A DNA stretch of 64,000 bases from a virus (IMGVR_UViG_3300001605_000025:1-64000), one strand, 5' to 3'. Shown: positions 11,129-21,109, numbered from the stretch's first letter. A program made the numbers and translations. Notes: generated from the letters alone by a model not told the origin.

Positions 11129-11314
11129 TTAAACAATAATAACAATTTCATGTTCAAGATCCGGTACTAATTCCTTAACAGTAACATACCCTCTTACATC
11201 AGGTAATCGGTCCGCTACAATAACGTTGCCTCGATAATTAACAGTTGCGTAAACTGTGATAGTTCCAAGATCAACTTTGGTCCATAACATATCGTCAACA
11301 CGTATTGGTTCCAC
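11129..11314 (-). CDS. hypothetical small protein
   Basis: 61 aa; lies just outside the G-free tract and has normal amino-acid composition. Confidence 0.3.
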   Translation of the reverse strand: MEPIRVDDMLWTKVDLGTITVYATVNYRGNVIVADRLPDVRGYVTVKELVPDLEHEIVIIV

Positions 11315-11514
11315 TTTTAACCTCCTTTTTGTTTTTCAACAATATAAAAACAACTTCAACAGTTAACCACTATAATCAACCCCAGCTAGGCGGGGGTTGA
11401 TAGGTGTCGGTAACCTTATAACTATAACGCTTAGTTGTGTAACCATATAAGTCACCTTTCATTAAAAAAACTTTAAAATAACTCTCTATTCCACATACAC
11501 CTTATTACTTCTTA

Positions 11515-11706
11515 TCACCACTCCTCAAATTCAAATCCATCTTCATCCACCAACTTCCCTTTCTTTCTATTCAATAAATTATTATAACTATAATCCTCCT
11601 CACTTTCTTTCTCATCAACATTACACATACCTTTAACATTCCATCCACAACTTATTATCTCACACTTTCTCCCTTTCCAACAAATCTTATCTTTACCTTC
11701 AATCAT
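11515..11706 (-). CDS. small protein encoded by cytosine-free mRNA (gene 4 of G-free cassette)
   Basis: 63 aa; protein lacks P,H,Q,T,A entirely, rich in C/W/K/E/G; GGAG SD upstream; ATGA overlap with upstream gene. Confidence 0.5.
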   Translation of the reverse strand: MIEGKDKICWKGRKCEIISCGWNVKGMCNVDEKESEEDYSYNNLLNRKKGKLVDEDGFEFEEW

Positions 11707-11845
11707 TATTCTTCATCTCCTTCATATATTCATTAATACCTTTATCATATACTTCTTTACTCACTTCTTTCCACCACTTACATTCAATACAATCATCATA
11801 ACATTCATCAACCTCTTTATTTAAACAAAACCCATATCTACTCAT
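11699..11845 (-). CDS. small protein encoded by cytosine-free mRNA (gene 3, hand-translated MSRYGFCLNKEVDECYDDCIECKWWKEVSKEVYDKGINEYMKEMKNND)
   Basis: 48-aa ORF found by manual translation; overlaps stop of the upstream gene and start of the downstream gene. Confidence 0.35.
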   Translation of the reverse strand: MSRYGFCLNKEVDECYDDCIECKWWKEVSKEVYDKGINEYMKEMKNND

Positions 11846-12107
11846 TCTTAATCACCACCCAATCTTCAACCTTTAATATATCATCATTCAACATTAACTT
11901 CTCAATAACATACCCCTCTTTATTCAACATATCCTTTATTCTATATATATCCAAACACTTATTCATATATCTACTTAAATCACCAACAATATCCTTTAAT
12001 CTCTTACTCCCACCAATCCTCACACTCATAATAACCATATCACATACATTACTATAATTAACCTTCTCAACCTTACCACATAACATTCTCATACAATATA
12101 CCTCCAT
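11838..12107 (-). CDS. small protein encoded by cytosine-free mRNA (gene 2; likely true start at Met6, 12092, GGAGG SD)
   Basis: 89-aa ORF, statistically unexpected in a 3-letter sequence with ~12% stop frequency; no P/H/Q/T/A residues. Confidence 0.5.
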   Translation of the reverse strand: MEVYCMRMLCGKVEKVNYSNVCDMVIMSVRIGGSKRLKDIVGDLSRYMNKCLDIYRIKDMLNKEGYVIEKLMLNDDILKVEDWVVIKNE

Positions 12108-12127
12108 TATAATTTCACATAAAATAA

Positions 12128-12253
12128 TTAAATTCTCCTCTCACTATACATCATCTTACCCTTCTCATCAAACTCCAACTTCTTCTTAATATCAACAATC
12201 TCCCATTCATTCTTATCCTTATTCCAAACCTTATCCTTCACAATCTCAATCAT
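12128..12253 (-). CDS. small protein encoded by cytosine-free mRNA (gene 1, MIEIVKDKVWNKDKNEWEIVDIKKKLEFDEKGKMMYSERRI)
   Basis: Manual translation; perfect AGGAGG SD 8 nt upstream of ATG at 12253. Confidence 0.35.
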   Translation of the reverse strand: MIEIVKDKVWNKDKNEWEIVDIKKKLEFDEKGKMMYSERRI

Positions 12254-12478
12254 ACTCTTAACCTCCTATATATTTTCATAAACCTTAATAACATTAATAA
12301 AAATTTAACATATAACTATCTATATTCTATATATATGGTCACCGTACATCATTACCACTAGTTGCAATGTTTTGCACAAGCTAGCACCGGAAATACTTAA
12401 GGAGTAGCCCGTTAGTCCGTCTACTCGAACGTTCCGTTTAAATATAGGCACGTCCCAAAAACTTTACCGGAGATACCA

Positions 12479-13006
12479 ATGGATAGTGAACAACCTTGTC
12501 CTGTGTGTCGTGCTGGTAGTCTTGGAGCTACCATGATGCGGGACTGCCACCTTGGACGAAAGACTACATTTCAAGTTGCCGCCGAACTAGACACAACTAA
12601 CGAACTTGTGATGAAGCATATCAATGAGTCCCACGAACTAACGTTTGATGAGGACGGAGCGTTACGGTCACAAGATAGACTGATGGATGACTTACTGAAA
12701 ACGTTAAAGACACTGAAAACGTGGACGGATTATGTTGTAAATACAGTTAAGGATCCAAACCAGATCGACCGTGCTAAAGTTGATATGTTAGTCCGGTTAT
12801 CACAGGAAGCTAGAAAGACAATCGAATCGGTAGCTACTTTGCAGGGAAGAAAGGGCCCGGGAGACACACATATCCAAATGCAGATCCTGAACGGTAAGGT
12901 CGTTCTGTTGACTAATACGATTATCGATGTAGCATGTCCAGACTGTAAGATGAAGATTCTAGATGCAATTGAAGGCCAACCATTGCTTATGGAGGCTCCT
13001 AAATGA
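12479..13006 (+). CDS. terminase small subunit candidate (N-terminal zinc ribbon)
   Basis: 175 aa directly upstream of and overlapping TerL; CPVC ... CPDC zinc-ribbon pairs; GGAG SD. Confidence 0.45.
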   Translation: MDSEQPCPVCRAGSLGATMMRDCHLGRKTTFQVAAELDTTNELVMKHINESHELTFDEDGALRSQDRLMDDLLKTLKTLKTWTDYVVNTVKDPNQIDRAKVDMLVRLSQEARKTIESVATLQGRKGPGDTHIQMQILNGKVVLLTNTIIDVACPDCKMKILDAIEGQPLLMEAPK

Positions 13007-14478
13007 TTGAGACAGAGTGTCAGCTGTCAAGTCACGAGACGCTAGATGGAAAGGATTACGTTCAGTACATGAGAACTGTTCTAAAAGGTAAATCAGATCC
13101 AGTTTGGTGGATAAAAGAGTATCTAGGTGTTAAATTTGAACCACACCATATAGAACAAGAGCTCGTTCTACGTCAGTGGTATCGACATCGTTACAATCCA
13201 ACACTGATACCTTATAAGAATATGTACGTATTGGCGGGAATGAGGTCTGGAAAGACAGCACTTGATAGCATGATTACATGTTATGAACTGTTTGATGTTG
13301 TGACATTACCGAAGATTCCGTGGGAGTACTATAGCTTAATACGGAATCAGTTAGTAACGTTATCGATTCTATCGATTAGTCGTGACCAGTCAGATGACGG
13401 TCTATGGGGTAACGTCCAGCAGTTCCTCGACAAGAATGCGTGGTTCGACCAGTGGACTGACCTAACTCTGAAGTCAGAAAGTGCTGATATAGCGTCTAAA
13501 CGTGTTGGAATACGTGTTCTATCATCATCTAGCAGTACAATTGTAGGACGATCTAACAGATTCGTGGGACTAGATGAGTTAGATAGTTTTGAAAATACAG
13601 AAGGGAAGCGCGGAGCATGGAAAGTATTCACGAAAATGCAAAACTCAACACAGACATTCGGCCAAGATGGCCGACTTGCTGCAATATCATCATCGAACGA
13701 CGACCCGAATTCTATTATGAATACGTTAATCAGGCAGTCAGAAGGGAAGCAGAACGTTTTAGCAATTATGAAGCCTACTTGGATTATGAATACAGCGATT
13801 TCGGAAGCGGAGCTGAGGGAGGAGTACAAGGACAATCTAGCAGGGTTCTACAGAGACTTCGCATGTATGCCAGGTATGTACACTGGAATGGAGTTCCCAG
13901 ATGGTATAAAACTAGCTGATATACCGAATGTTTTCCTGACGAAACGTTCAGACGTTCCGTATGGTCGTGTCATTGCGATAGATCCTGCAGCTAAGAATGA
14001 TGCATTTGGTGTTGCTACTGGATATCGTGCGTTCGGTCGTGTGATTGTTGATGGGGTATGTCGGTTTCAGAAAACTGGAGATGAAGTCTTTATTAATCCA
14101 GAGGATATTGACAAGTTTCTAGAAGAATGTTATAAGTATATGAACATAAGAGCTCTTGTATTTGATACATGGATGTATCCGAACATTATTCATAAGGCAG
14201 AACATGATCACGGTCTTATGTGTGTCAAACATATTGTACGGAAAGCAGAATACGATGCAGTTAAAGGTATGATTAAACAGGGAACTTTGGATGTAGTAGC
14301 AGATCCAGTGCTAAAGCGTGAGTGTGAAGGATTAAAGATTATTAACGATTTACGGGTAGATCACCCGTTACAAGGGAGTAAAGACATGGCAGATTGTGTA
14401 GCAAACGTTGTATGGTACTTAACAGAATGTGAGGTTGAACCTCAGAAGCCGAGAATCTTATTAGCGAAGGTGTTCTAA
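13003..14478 (+). CDS. terL: terminase large subunit
   Basis: 491 aa; Walker A VLAGMRSGKTA, Walker B-like VGLDELD, C-terminal RNase-H-like nuclease motifs (VIAIDPAAKNDAFGVA ... VVADPV). Confidence 0.85.
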   Translation: MIETECQLSSHETLDGKDYVQYMRTVLKGKSDPVWWIKEYLGVKFEPHHIEQELVLRQWYRHRYNPTLIPYKNMYVLAGMRSGKTALDSMITCYELFDVVTLPKIPWEYYSLIRNQLVTLSILSISRDQSDDGLWGNVQQFLDKNAWFDQWTDLTLKSESADIASKRVGIRVLSSSSSTIVGRSNRFVGLDELDSFENTEGKRGAWKVFTKMQNSTQTFGQDGRLAAISSSNDDPNSIMNTLIRQSEGKQNVLAIMKPTWIMNTAISEAELREEYKDNLAGFYRDFACMPGMYTGMEFPDGIKLADIPNVFLTKRSDVPYGRVIAIDPAAKNDAFGVATGYRAFGRVIVDGVCRFQKTGDEVFINPEDIDKFLEECYKYMNIRALVFDTWMYPNIIHKAEHDHGLMCVKHIVRKAEYDAVKGMIKQGTLDVVADPVLKRECEGLKIINDLRVDHPLQGSKDMADCVANVVWYLTECEVEPQKPRILLAKVF

Positions 14479-15978
14479 ATGGGACTAATTAAGGATACAG
14501 TAGGTAAGTTATTTGGATATCCAGTTACAAACACACGGTCCGTTCAGCAGATCAGTAACCCTGTAACTCGGACAATGGCTGGAAAGAAGATCACTGTAAA
14601 ACTGGTAGAATTTCTACAGAACATCTCTGACTTTAGCAACATGCAGGATGAAGAGATGCAAGAACAGATGTTTATCTGGGAACCTGAAGTTGGAGGTGCG
14701 TTAGATAGGTTGTCTACTTTAGTCGCGGAGTGTTATCAGGGACCAATTCTGATGGATACCGATAAGGCAACATCTGAGATTGAAGAGACTATGCTTAAAG
14801 AAGCGAAACGTATATCGGATCGTATACAAATGGCGAATCAGTTTGAGATGTATGGAGAACTGTTACCGTTGTTTGGTGATGTTTACGTTGATGTACGTGA
14901 CCCACTAACGTATCGTATTATACCTAATAAGTACGTTACGATAGTTGAGAGTAAGGATCAGATTAACCAAATGATACCAAACGTTCTAATGACTAACGGG
15001 AACTATCTAGTATTTAACGAGACATTCCAGACTAATATGTTTATACTAGAGCCAAGTCAGTGGATTCATCTTAAGTATAAAGATACTCCAATCTTTGCAG
15101 TAGATAAGAAAGGAAGACAGACATATGGTATCTATTCTGTTAGTCCTGTTCAGCGAGCCATCATCGCGACATGGCAGAAGCGTCAAACGTCTATCATTGA
15201 CATATTATATCGCTGGAGAATCATTCCACGTGAGATCCACTCTGTTGACAGTACGATCTTTGCATTGGACCAGTTTTCCGGTAGTCAGATGGATCGTCTC
15301 GACGCTTCAAAAACGAAAGCTGATCAGTATATAAGCGAGTATAACAAAAGTATTGAAAACCAGACACCTGATCAAGGATATACAGTACTTGATACAATTG
15401 ACATCAAGATGTTGGAAACGAAAGCTAATTCGTACATGCGAACTAACGAGTTGATAGATCAGCTAGATGCAAAAGTTTGGACTGCATTAAATATGCCAAA
15501 GTCAGTTGTAACAGGCGAGGGTGCCGGATCGTATGCATCAGAACTTATTATTAGTAATTACGTTAGTCAGAAAGCGTTACAGATCGCTAAGAAGATACGA
15601 CCGTTACTGCTGACTAATCTTCGTGCTAGACTTCTGATGATTAATCCGGAATTTCCAGTCGAGAAGATAGATCTAAAATTAGAGCTAGAAATGGCAGCTA
15701 CACGGTTAGAAACGTTCCGTGAAATGGCTATTATGGCATCACTCGGATGTTTCACGCAGACCGAAATCCGTTCAATGATACCTGGATACGCTCCACTGAC
15801 TGAGGAACAGAAATCTGAAGTCGTAACGGGTGGACGGACAGTTCAGGCTGCTCTTGACCAGTTTGATTCCTTACAGGCGAAGTACCCAGATACTCCACAA
15901 AGTGATAGTCAGCATAAACAAGATTCCGGTCAGCAAGCAGTAACTAAGACTCAAAAGTCTGCTGTTACTCCACAATAA
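14479..15978 (+). CDS. portal protein
   Basis: 499 aa, immediately downstream of terL with ATG overlapping its stop; size and position canonical. Confidence 0.6.
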   Translation: MGLIKDTVGKLFGYPVTNTRSVQQISNPVTRTMAGKKITVKLVEFLQNISDFSNMQDEEMQEQMFIWEPEVGGALDRLSTLVAECYQGPILMDTDKATSEIEETMLKEAKRISDRIQMANQFEMYGELLPLFGDVYVDVRDPLTYRIIPNKYVTIVESKDQINQMIPNVLMTNGNYLVFNETFQTNMFILEPSQWIHLKYKDTPIFAVDKKGRQTYGIYSVSPVQRAIIATWQKRQTSIIDILYRWRIIPREIHSVDSTIFALDQFSGSQMDRLDASKTKADQYISEYNKSIENQTPDQGYTVLDTIDIKMLETKANSYMRTNELIDQLDAKVWTALNMPKSVVTGEGAGSYASELIISNYVSQKALQIAKKIRPLLLTNLRARLLMINPEFPVEKIDLKLELEMAATRLETFREMAIMASLGCFTQTEIRSMIPGYAPLTEEQKSEVVTGGRTVQAALDQFDSLQAKYPDTPQSDSQHKQDSGQQAVTKTQKSAVTPQ

Positions 15979-16085
15979 CTTCTTTTTAACTGTTGGTTGA
16001 ACAACCTCTCTCCGTGAACAACCCTCTTCATCTCTTGTCCCTCTTTTATATATAGGTTCGGATATACCAGTTCGTGGAGGTTCTA

Positions 16086-17138
16086 ATGAGTGATAACATT
16101 GAGTGGCGGTCGCTCGACGTAACGGCTGCCGAAGGTATGTCCCTACGCGTTGGAACTTTCCTAGCATCGGACGGTGAACCAGTTGAGTTTACACAAGATG
16201 TTCTTAAGAAGGTGTTTTCTAAAGTAACTAAGCCTGTTCCAATGTACCTCACGCACAAAGATGCGGGAACTGGTAAGGATCGTGTCATACTTGGACATGC
16301 TGTAAAACTTGGCATAACTCCACAGTATGATAGTATTCATTTTAAAGCACTAATGATGGATCCAACGTTTAAGCTTATGTATGCATCGGGTTACGATGAC
16401 ACTAGCGCAGAGATTACTCCTATCCGGGATGAAGCCACTGGACGAATAGTCGATGGTGTGCTGACTGGCTTTGCGGTAGTGCCAAATCCGGCAATAAGTG
16501 GGACAGAGATGAAAGTATCTGCGATAGCCTTTTCGACTGGAGGAACGACAGGATCTTATGTACCAACAGTTCCTGTAGTTCCAAAGATTGAATTGGATTC
16601 GGCAAAGGATATCGTTAAACCGAATAACGGAGGGATTAAGTTGACAGGAAAAACGGTCATTGAACGCACACTGCTCGAGAGTGGGGTACCAGCTGATAAA
16701 CTGGACGCTACCGTCGACGCTCTCGGTCAGGCGTTCAGTAAGAAGTTCGAGCAGGCGGGTCTTCAGAAGAAATTCGAAGATGCCCAGGAAGCTATTAAGC
16801 TTGCTTGTTCCGAACGTGATGAGATGAAGAAGAAATTTGAGGACTTAAATAACGAGTACAACACTATGCTTTCGGATAAGGTTGCAGCACTGTCGTCTGA
16901 GATTAAGACGATTGGATTTGCAAATGCTGAAGCTATTGTTGAAGGACTCGATGTTCGTCAGAAAATTGCAACATTAAGTAAGATGAAGGAAGGTCTTGCT
17001 ACTAGCAAGCCTATGACTGCTGGCGCACAGTTCCAGACACAGGTACCACCTGCAGCTAGTTCTGCTAAAGCATTCCAGGATAATCTGACTGAACTTGGTG
17101 TTGCTGACCTTTGGAACAAATATCATAAGGGGGCCTAA
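16086..17138 (+). CDS. prohead protease (HK97/S78-like) fused to scaffolding coiled-coil domain
   Basis: ORF track start 16074 is GTG; ATG at 16086 has GGAGG SD. N-terminal pattern VEFTQDVLKKVF..VPMYLTHKD....ILGHA resembles S78 prohead protease; C-terminal 150 aa coiled coil (KKFEQAGLQKKFEDAQEAIK...). Confidence 0.55.
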   Translation: MSDNIEWRSLDVTAAEGMSLRVGTFLASDGEPVEFTQDVLKKVFSKVTKPVPMYLTHKDAGTGKDRVILGHAVKLGITPQYDSIHFKALMMDPTFKLMYASGYDDTSAEITPIRDEATGRIVDGVLTGFAVVPNPAISGTEMKVSAIAFSTGGTTGSYVPTVPVVPKIELDSAKDIVKPNNGGIKLTGKTVIERTLLESGVPADKLDATVDALGQAFSKKFEQAGLQKKFEDAQEAIKLACSERDEMKKKFEDLNNEYNTMLSDKVAALSSEIKTIGFANAEAIVEGLDVRQKIATLSKMKEGLATSKPMTAGAQFQTQVPPAASSAKAFQDNLTELGVADLWNKYHKGA

Positions 17139-17140
17139 CC

Positions 17141-17644
17141 ATGGCAGGCGCAACCGAAGCAACTATTATAAGTTATGGACTGGAGAATCCAGCACAAGCA
17201 ATCGCGTATACAATTCTCGAAGCCTACGCTACACCTGGTTACGTTGTGAAAGTTCACACAGTATCAGGTCAGATGACTGGAACAAACGCAATTACGGATA
17301 TCCCGGACGGTTACATCATTAAGAGTACTGTTCCTGCTACAATGCAAGCAATAGTTAACTCTGTAGAAGGTGATGCACAGACATTACAGTTTATCGGTGT
17401 TCAGGCACTTATTCCTGGACAAATCGCGTATCTGCAGCTTGCAGCCGCAACTGTAGCTGTAGCGATTGGCGACTTGCTTGGACCTACTGTAACACAAGGT
17501 TGTGTATCACCACGTTCAGCTACTGGTGTTAGAGGTGCTGGAATTGCAATTGCGAAGGCTCTTGAGGCTAAGGATGCAGCAGCTGGCGGAACGATTCGTT
17601 GTCGTATTATCCCGACTATGTACTTTGGAGCTGGATTACCATGA
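17141..17644 (+). CDS. head protein (decoration/accessory candidate)
   Basis: 167 aa between protease/scaffold and capsid gene; Ala/Gly-rich. Confidence 0.3.
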   Translation: MAGATEATIISYGLENPAQAIAYTILEAYATPGYVVKVHTVSGQMTGTNAITDIPDGYIIKSTVPATMQAIVNSVEGDAQTLQFIGVQALIPGQIAYLQLAAATVAVAIGDLLGPTVTQGCVSPRSATGVRGAGIAIAKALEAKDAAAGGTIRCRIIPTMYFGAGLP

Positions 17645-18513
17645 TCAGCAAGTACTTTAGTTCTGGTTATTCAGATCGTCCGATGGAGAAGAAGGATATC
17701 ATACGGGAGCTTGTGTATCTCCAGGCTGATGAGATGCTGCCAATGAAACAGGCAGTTGTTCAGAAGCCTATTGGAGTTCTTGACTTTAAGTACGATATTC
17801 CTAAGATCACTAGGATCGCATCTCAGAAGATTGAGGAAGGGACTCGTTCTGATAGGAAACGCATGGAGTTCTGGCAGAAAGCTGTTAGCCTGGATAAGTA
17901 TCAGACAACCGTAACGATTACGGATGAAGCGAAGGTTCGACAGCTCGGTAACACCCAGACCTCGATGACTATCGATGCGGTAGCTCGTGGTATGGCTTAC
18001 GATATTGATACTGAGATTATGAATGCTCTTATTGCAGCGACTCCAACTGCAACTGCAGCAACTGCATCAGCGAAATGGAATCTATCGTCAGCATCTCCAG
18101 GGTACGATATTGCAAGCGTTCTATCGAAAATCTTCGATAACACGAACATTATGGAACAGGACCTTTCGAATGTTCAGGTGTATGTTCCGGCAAGTGTCTG
18201 GCCGTTCCTGAAATTCCCGAAGGATGTCGGATTGCTGTACACTTCCGTTAAGGACTTTATCGAGAAACAACAGGCTGTGACAATGTATCTGAGTAGAAAG
18301 TTGACTAATGGAGCTCTCGTAGTTCTTCCAGGTCAGCAGACTGCACATCACTTGACGTATAACGGAACCGAAGTCCCGACTGCTGAGAATCAGCGTGAGA
18401 TTGGTGTTGGTGAAGAGTACGTCATTACTAGGTACTACAAGACTGTTGTCATTCCGGATACTGTTTACGGAACAACTACTTCTCGGCTTGGTTGGATTTC
18501 CGTTGTTGCATAA
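17641..18513 (+). CDS. major capsid protein candidate
   Basis: ORF 17599 starts at TTG; ATG 17641 overlaps upstream stop (ATGA) with GGAG SD; size, position after protease/scaffold. Confidence 0.55.
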   Translation: MISKYFSSGYSDRPMEKKDIIRELVYLQADEMLPMKQAVVQKPIGVLDFKYDIPKITRIASQKIEEGTRSDRKRMEFWQKAVSLDKYQTTVTITDEAKVRQLGNTQTSMTIDAVARGMAYDIDTEIMNALIAATPTATAATASAKWNLSSASPGYDIASVLSKIFDNTNIMEQDLSNVQVYVPASVWPFLKFPKDVGLLYTSVKDFIEKQQAVTMYLSRKLTNGALVVLPGQQTAHHLTYNGTEVPTAENQREIGVGEEYVITRYYKTVVIPDTVYGTTTSRLGWISVVA

Positions 18514-18522
18514 GGTGTTCAG

Positions 18523-18939
18523 ATGACTGTCAACTTATCTGCACTTCTTTTTAGAGTGCGATCGATGGTAGCGGAGATCGACATCCGTAATATGGATGAT
18601 CTCGAGATGTTCCGTGAAGTCCAGAAAGCGTACTACTTTATAGAGAAGATTAAAAGTTCGACAGTTACTGATACTGATCTGGAGGTACCAATTATTTGTT
18701 TAGCAGCGTACTACAGTCATGTGAACTATACGTTACTAAACGCCAGACAGATTGGAACGATCGACGAGACTGTTATTATCAGACAGCAAGAGCTAAAAAA
18801 GATAGCTCGTGCAATGCTTCAAACGATCACTGAGAATGTAATCGCTGAAGACTTAAGTATTGATAACAGTAGATATGCTGAAGTTGGTGGTATAGGCTTC
18901 TCGTTAACACGAGGTGTACTTGATGATACACGTTTCTGA
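18523..18939 (+). CDS. head-tail connector/adaptor candidate
   Basis: 138 aa, position after capsid gene. Confidence 0.35.
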   Translation: MTVNLSALLFRVRSMVAEIDIRNMDDLEMFREVQKAYYFIEKIKSSTVTDTDLEVPIICLAAYYSHVNYTLLNARQIGTIDETVIIRQQELKKIARAMLQTITENVIAEDLSIDNSRYAEVGGIGFSLTRGVLDDTRF

Positions 18940-19366
18940 GTTCTGGACTAGTAAGTACGGTCAGGCAGCACTTGATGGTATCCAGTCTAGAGGATCTCAG
19001 TACTGGGCTAACAATATTTACCGGTATTATAAACAGGATACTGGTAAGTTAGGCCAGGCTTGTGATATCACTGTCGAGGATGGTATAGTTATCATCGGTA
19101 TGAAGCCTATATACGGTATTCAGCGCGATGGAACGATTCATGAATACGGTCAGGATATAATGAACGGTATTAGACCTGGACCCGGAAAGTATAATCCGGT
19201 AAGGGGTGTTCGTATCAAGACTGGGTACTATCCAGGTGTTTCCGTTACTAAGTTTTGGGAACCGTGGTTAGCTGAATTCGAACCAGCTATGCTGGAGATT
19301 GTTCGAGAGGAAGTGTCATCAAATTTGAGAGACTTCATAACTGAACAATTCAAACAGGGTGCTTAA
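18923..19366 (+). CDS. head closure / tail completion candidate
   Basis: ORF track 18914 (GTG); ATG 18923 with GAGGTG SD. Confidence 0.3.
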   Translation: MIHVSEFWTSKYGQAALDGIQSRGSQYWANNIYRYYKQDTGKLGQACDITVEDGIVIIGMKPIYGIQRDGTIHEYGQDIMNGIRPGPGKYNPVRGVRIKTGYYPGVSVTKFWEPWLAEFEPAMLEIVREEVSSNLRDFITEQFKQGA

Positions 19367-19367
19367 T

Positions 19368-19727
19368 ATGGTTACATCGTTCAACGAACTGTACGATAAA
19401 GTTGTTTCGTATGGATACGATGTTTCGAGAGAGATCGAGGAACATCTAGATATTGGTACGATTTGGATGGAGTTCACAAATTGTGATCTGAAAGTTGAAT
19501 CTATCGATAATTCTTCATACATATCGACTAACGTTGTAACGTTCTACTGGATTGAACGTGATCCAGGAGTGATTGTAACTAATATTGCTGCATTTCTGAC
19601 TAAACTAGGTACAGACAAATGGTCAGAGAACCGATTCGTGTTTAAACGATCAGGTTGTAAGCGAGTCGGTCAAACCTATCGTGTGTTTGTACCAGTTGAA
19701 TGGGTAGAAGTAATTACTCTACCATAG
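19368..19727 (+). CDS. tail completion candidate
   Basis: ORF track 19359 (GTG); ATG at 19368. Confidence 0.3.
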   Translation: MVTSFNELYDKVVSYGYDVSREIEEHLDIGTIWMEFTNCDLKVESIDNSSYISTNVVTFYWIERDPGVIVTNIAAFLTKLGTDKWSENRFVFKRSGCKRVGQTYRVFVPVEWVEVITLP

Positions 19728-19738
19728 GAGGAATTTAA

Positions 19739-20713
19739 ATGGGACGATATGTAAAAATCTCAACTGAGACTGAATCAACATTTGGTAACGGCACTGCAAT
19801 GCTTGCTGTTGCTAAGTTCACACCAATTCGTGTGAAGAGTATATCGAACCCTGTTGATCGTGGTCTTCTGATTGAAGAGAACATTGAAGGGTATATCCCT
19901 ACTGCTGCATATGGTGGTGCTCTGAAACTTTCCGGAACACTGGAAGGTAATCTTAGACCTAAGCAGATGGAGAACTTGATTTACTCGTTAATGGGTGCAT
20001 CGGCGGCAACGGCTGCTGGGATCCTGACGGGTATAGTCTATACGATGGCGAATCCGTTAAGTATTCAGATGAAAATTGGTGAGTCAACCACAGCAGCGAC
20101 TACCGATCTGGAACTTGGCTACATGGGTGCTGCCGTTAAGACGTTCAACATGAATGTTGCTGCGAAGGAATTCGTAACTGCACGTTTCGACTGGTTCGCT
20201 AAGAACTATACAGCTGCAAGTCCGTATAGTCCTCCAGCTTCGGGAGACTATTCAGATGAAGAACCAATTGTGTTCTATAATGCTAGTGTATCATTCGATG
20301 GTGTCGACACGAGTGCTAAGATTAAGAACATGACGATAAACATCGACCGGAAAGTTGATGAGGAACGGTATGTTATCGGAGACTACACGTTGACTGAAAT
20401 TGGTATCAACGGTATGAATGAGGTTACAGGAGACATCACGTTTACAGAACATGAGTACGGTATCTTTAGACAGGCGTTATTCGGTGCAACCACTGCATCG
20501 ACACTTGGTTGCGATGATGCTGTCGGAACAGCAGCATTCTTAGCACAATTTACGGATATTGCAGTGTGTGGTGCTGAAGCAGTTAAGATGTATGTTGAGT
20601 TCGGATCGATTAAATTCGCATCTACCGACACTACAATTAATGGTCAGAACGAGATTGAGAAGAAAGTTTCATACCGTGCCGTTGGGTACTTCGGTATCGG
20701 TGTTGCTACCTAA
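19739..20713 (+). CDS. major tail protein candidate
   Basis: 324 aa with AGGAGG SD, directly upstream of chaperone + tape measure. Confidence 0.5.
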   Translation: MGRYVKISTETESTFGNGTAMLAVAKFTPIRVKSISNPVDRGLLIEENIEGYIPTAAYGGALKLSGTLEGNLRPKQMENLIYSLMGASAATAAGILTGIVYTMANPLSIQMKIGESTTAATTDLELGYMGAAVKTFNMNVAAKEFVTARFDWFAKNYTAASPYSPPASGDYSDEEPIVFYNASVSFDGVDTSAKIKNMTINIDRKVDEERYVIGDYTLTEIGINGMNEVTGDITFTEHEYGIFRQALFGATTASTLGCDDAVGTAAFLAQFTDIAVCGAEAVKMYVEFGSIKFASTDTTINGQNEIEKKVSYRAVGYFGIGVAT

Positions 20714-20734
20714 GATGGTTAGTGGTGATGGACG

Positions 20735-21109
20735 ATGACAACGTTAAATATTAAAACTGCAAATGGAATCTATGAGGTTCGGAAACCAGCTGGAAAGCTT
20801 GGTGCTAGAAATATGATCATCCTGTCGAAGCTGGCGAATGTTCAGCCGATAAAAGTGAATGTGGAGAATGAAGATCCAGCTTTTGTTGAAAAAGTTCGAC
20901 AGATGAATAACGCTAAACAGATGGAAGCCTTCGGGAATGTCTTCGAAGAGTGGTCTGATAAGATCTTACCAACGATTGTTGTTAAGGGACCCTTTACGTA
21001 CGAAGAGATGCCTGGAGAGGACCAGCTGGCTATATTCCTTGCGTTGACACAAGAGACTCAGGTGACGGAAGAATTCTTTCAGATCTTGCCCGCCGAGCCT
21101 AGTGTATAA
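20735..21109 (+). CDS. tail assembly chaperone candidate
   Basis: 124 aa acidic protein between major tail and tape measure genes. Confidence 0.45.
   Translation: MTTLNIKTANGIYEVRKPAGKLGARNMIILSKLANVQPIKVNVENEDPAFVEKVRQMNNAKQMEAFGNVFEEWSDKILPTIVVKGPFTYEEMPGEDQLAIFLALTQETQVTEEFFQILPAEPSV

Larger units (their letters stand above)
11452..12336. other. 885-bp tract containing no guanine on the + strand (no cytosine on the - strand); spans a complete leftward 4-gene operon
   Basis: Direct inspection: last g before the tract at 11451, first g after at 12337; every line between is a/t/c only. Confidence 0.9.

Noticed and set aside
11452-12336. Explaining the G-free tract as bisulfite, deaminase hypermutation or an assembly artefact
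   Set aside because: Complete C-to-T conversion of ordinary genes would create stops at CAA/CAG/CGA. Here four overlapping genes with intact SD sites and significant ORF lengths persist, so selection or design is more likely. Read-level confirmation is still needed.
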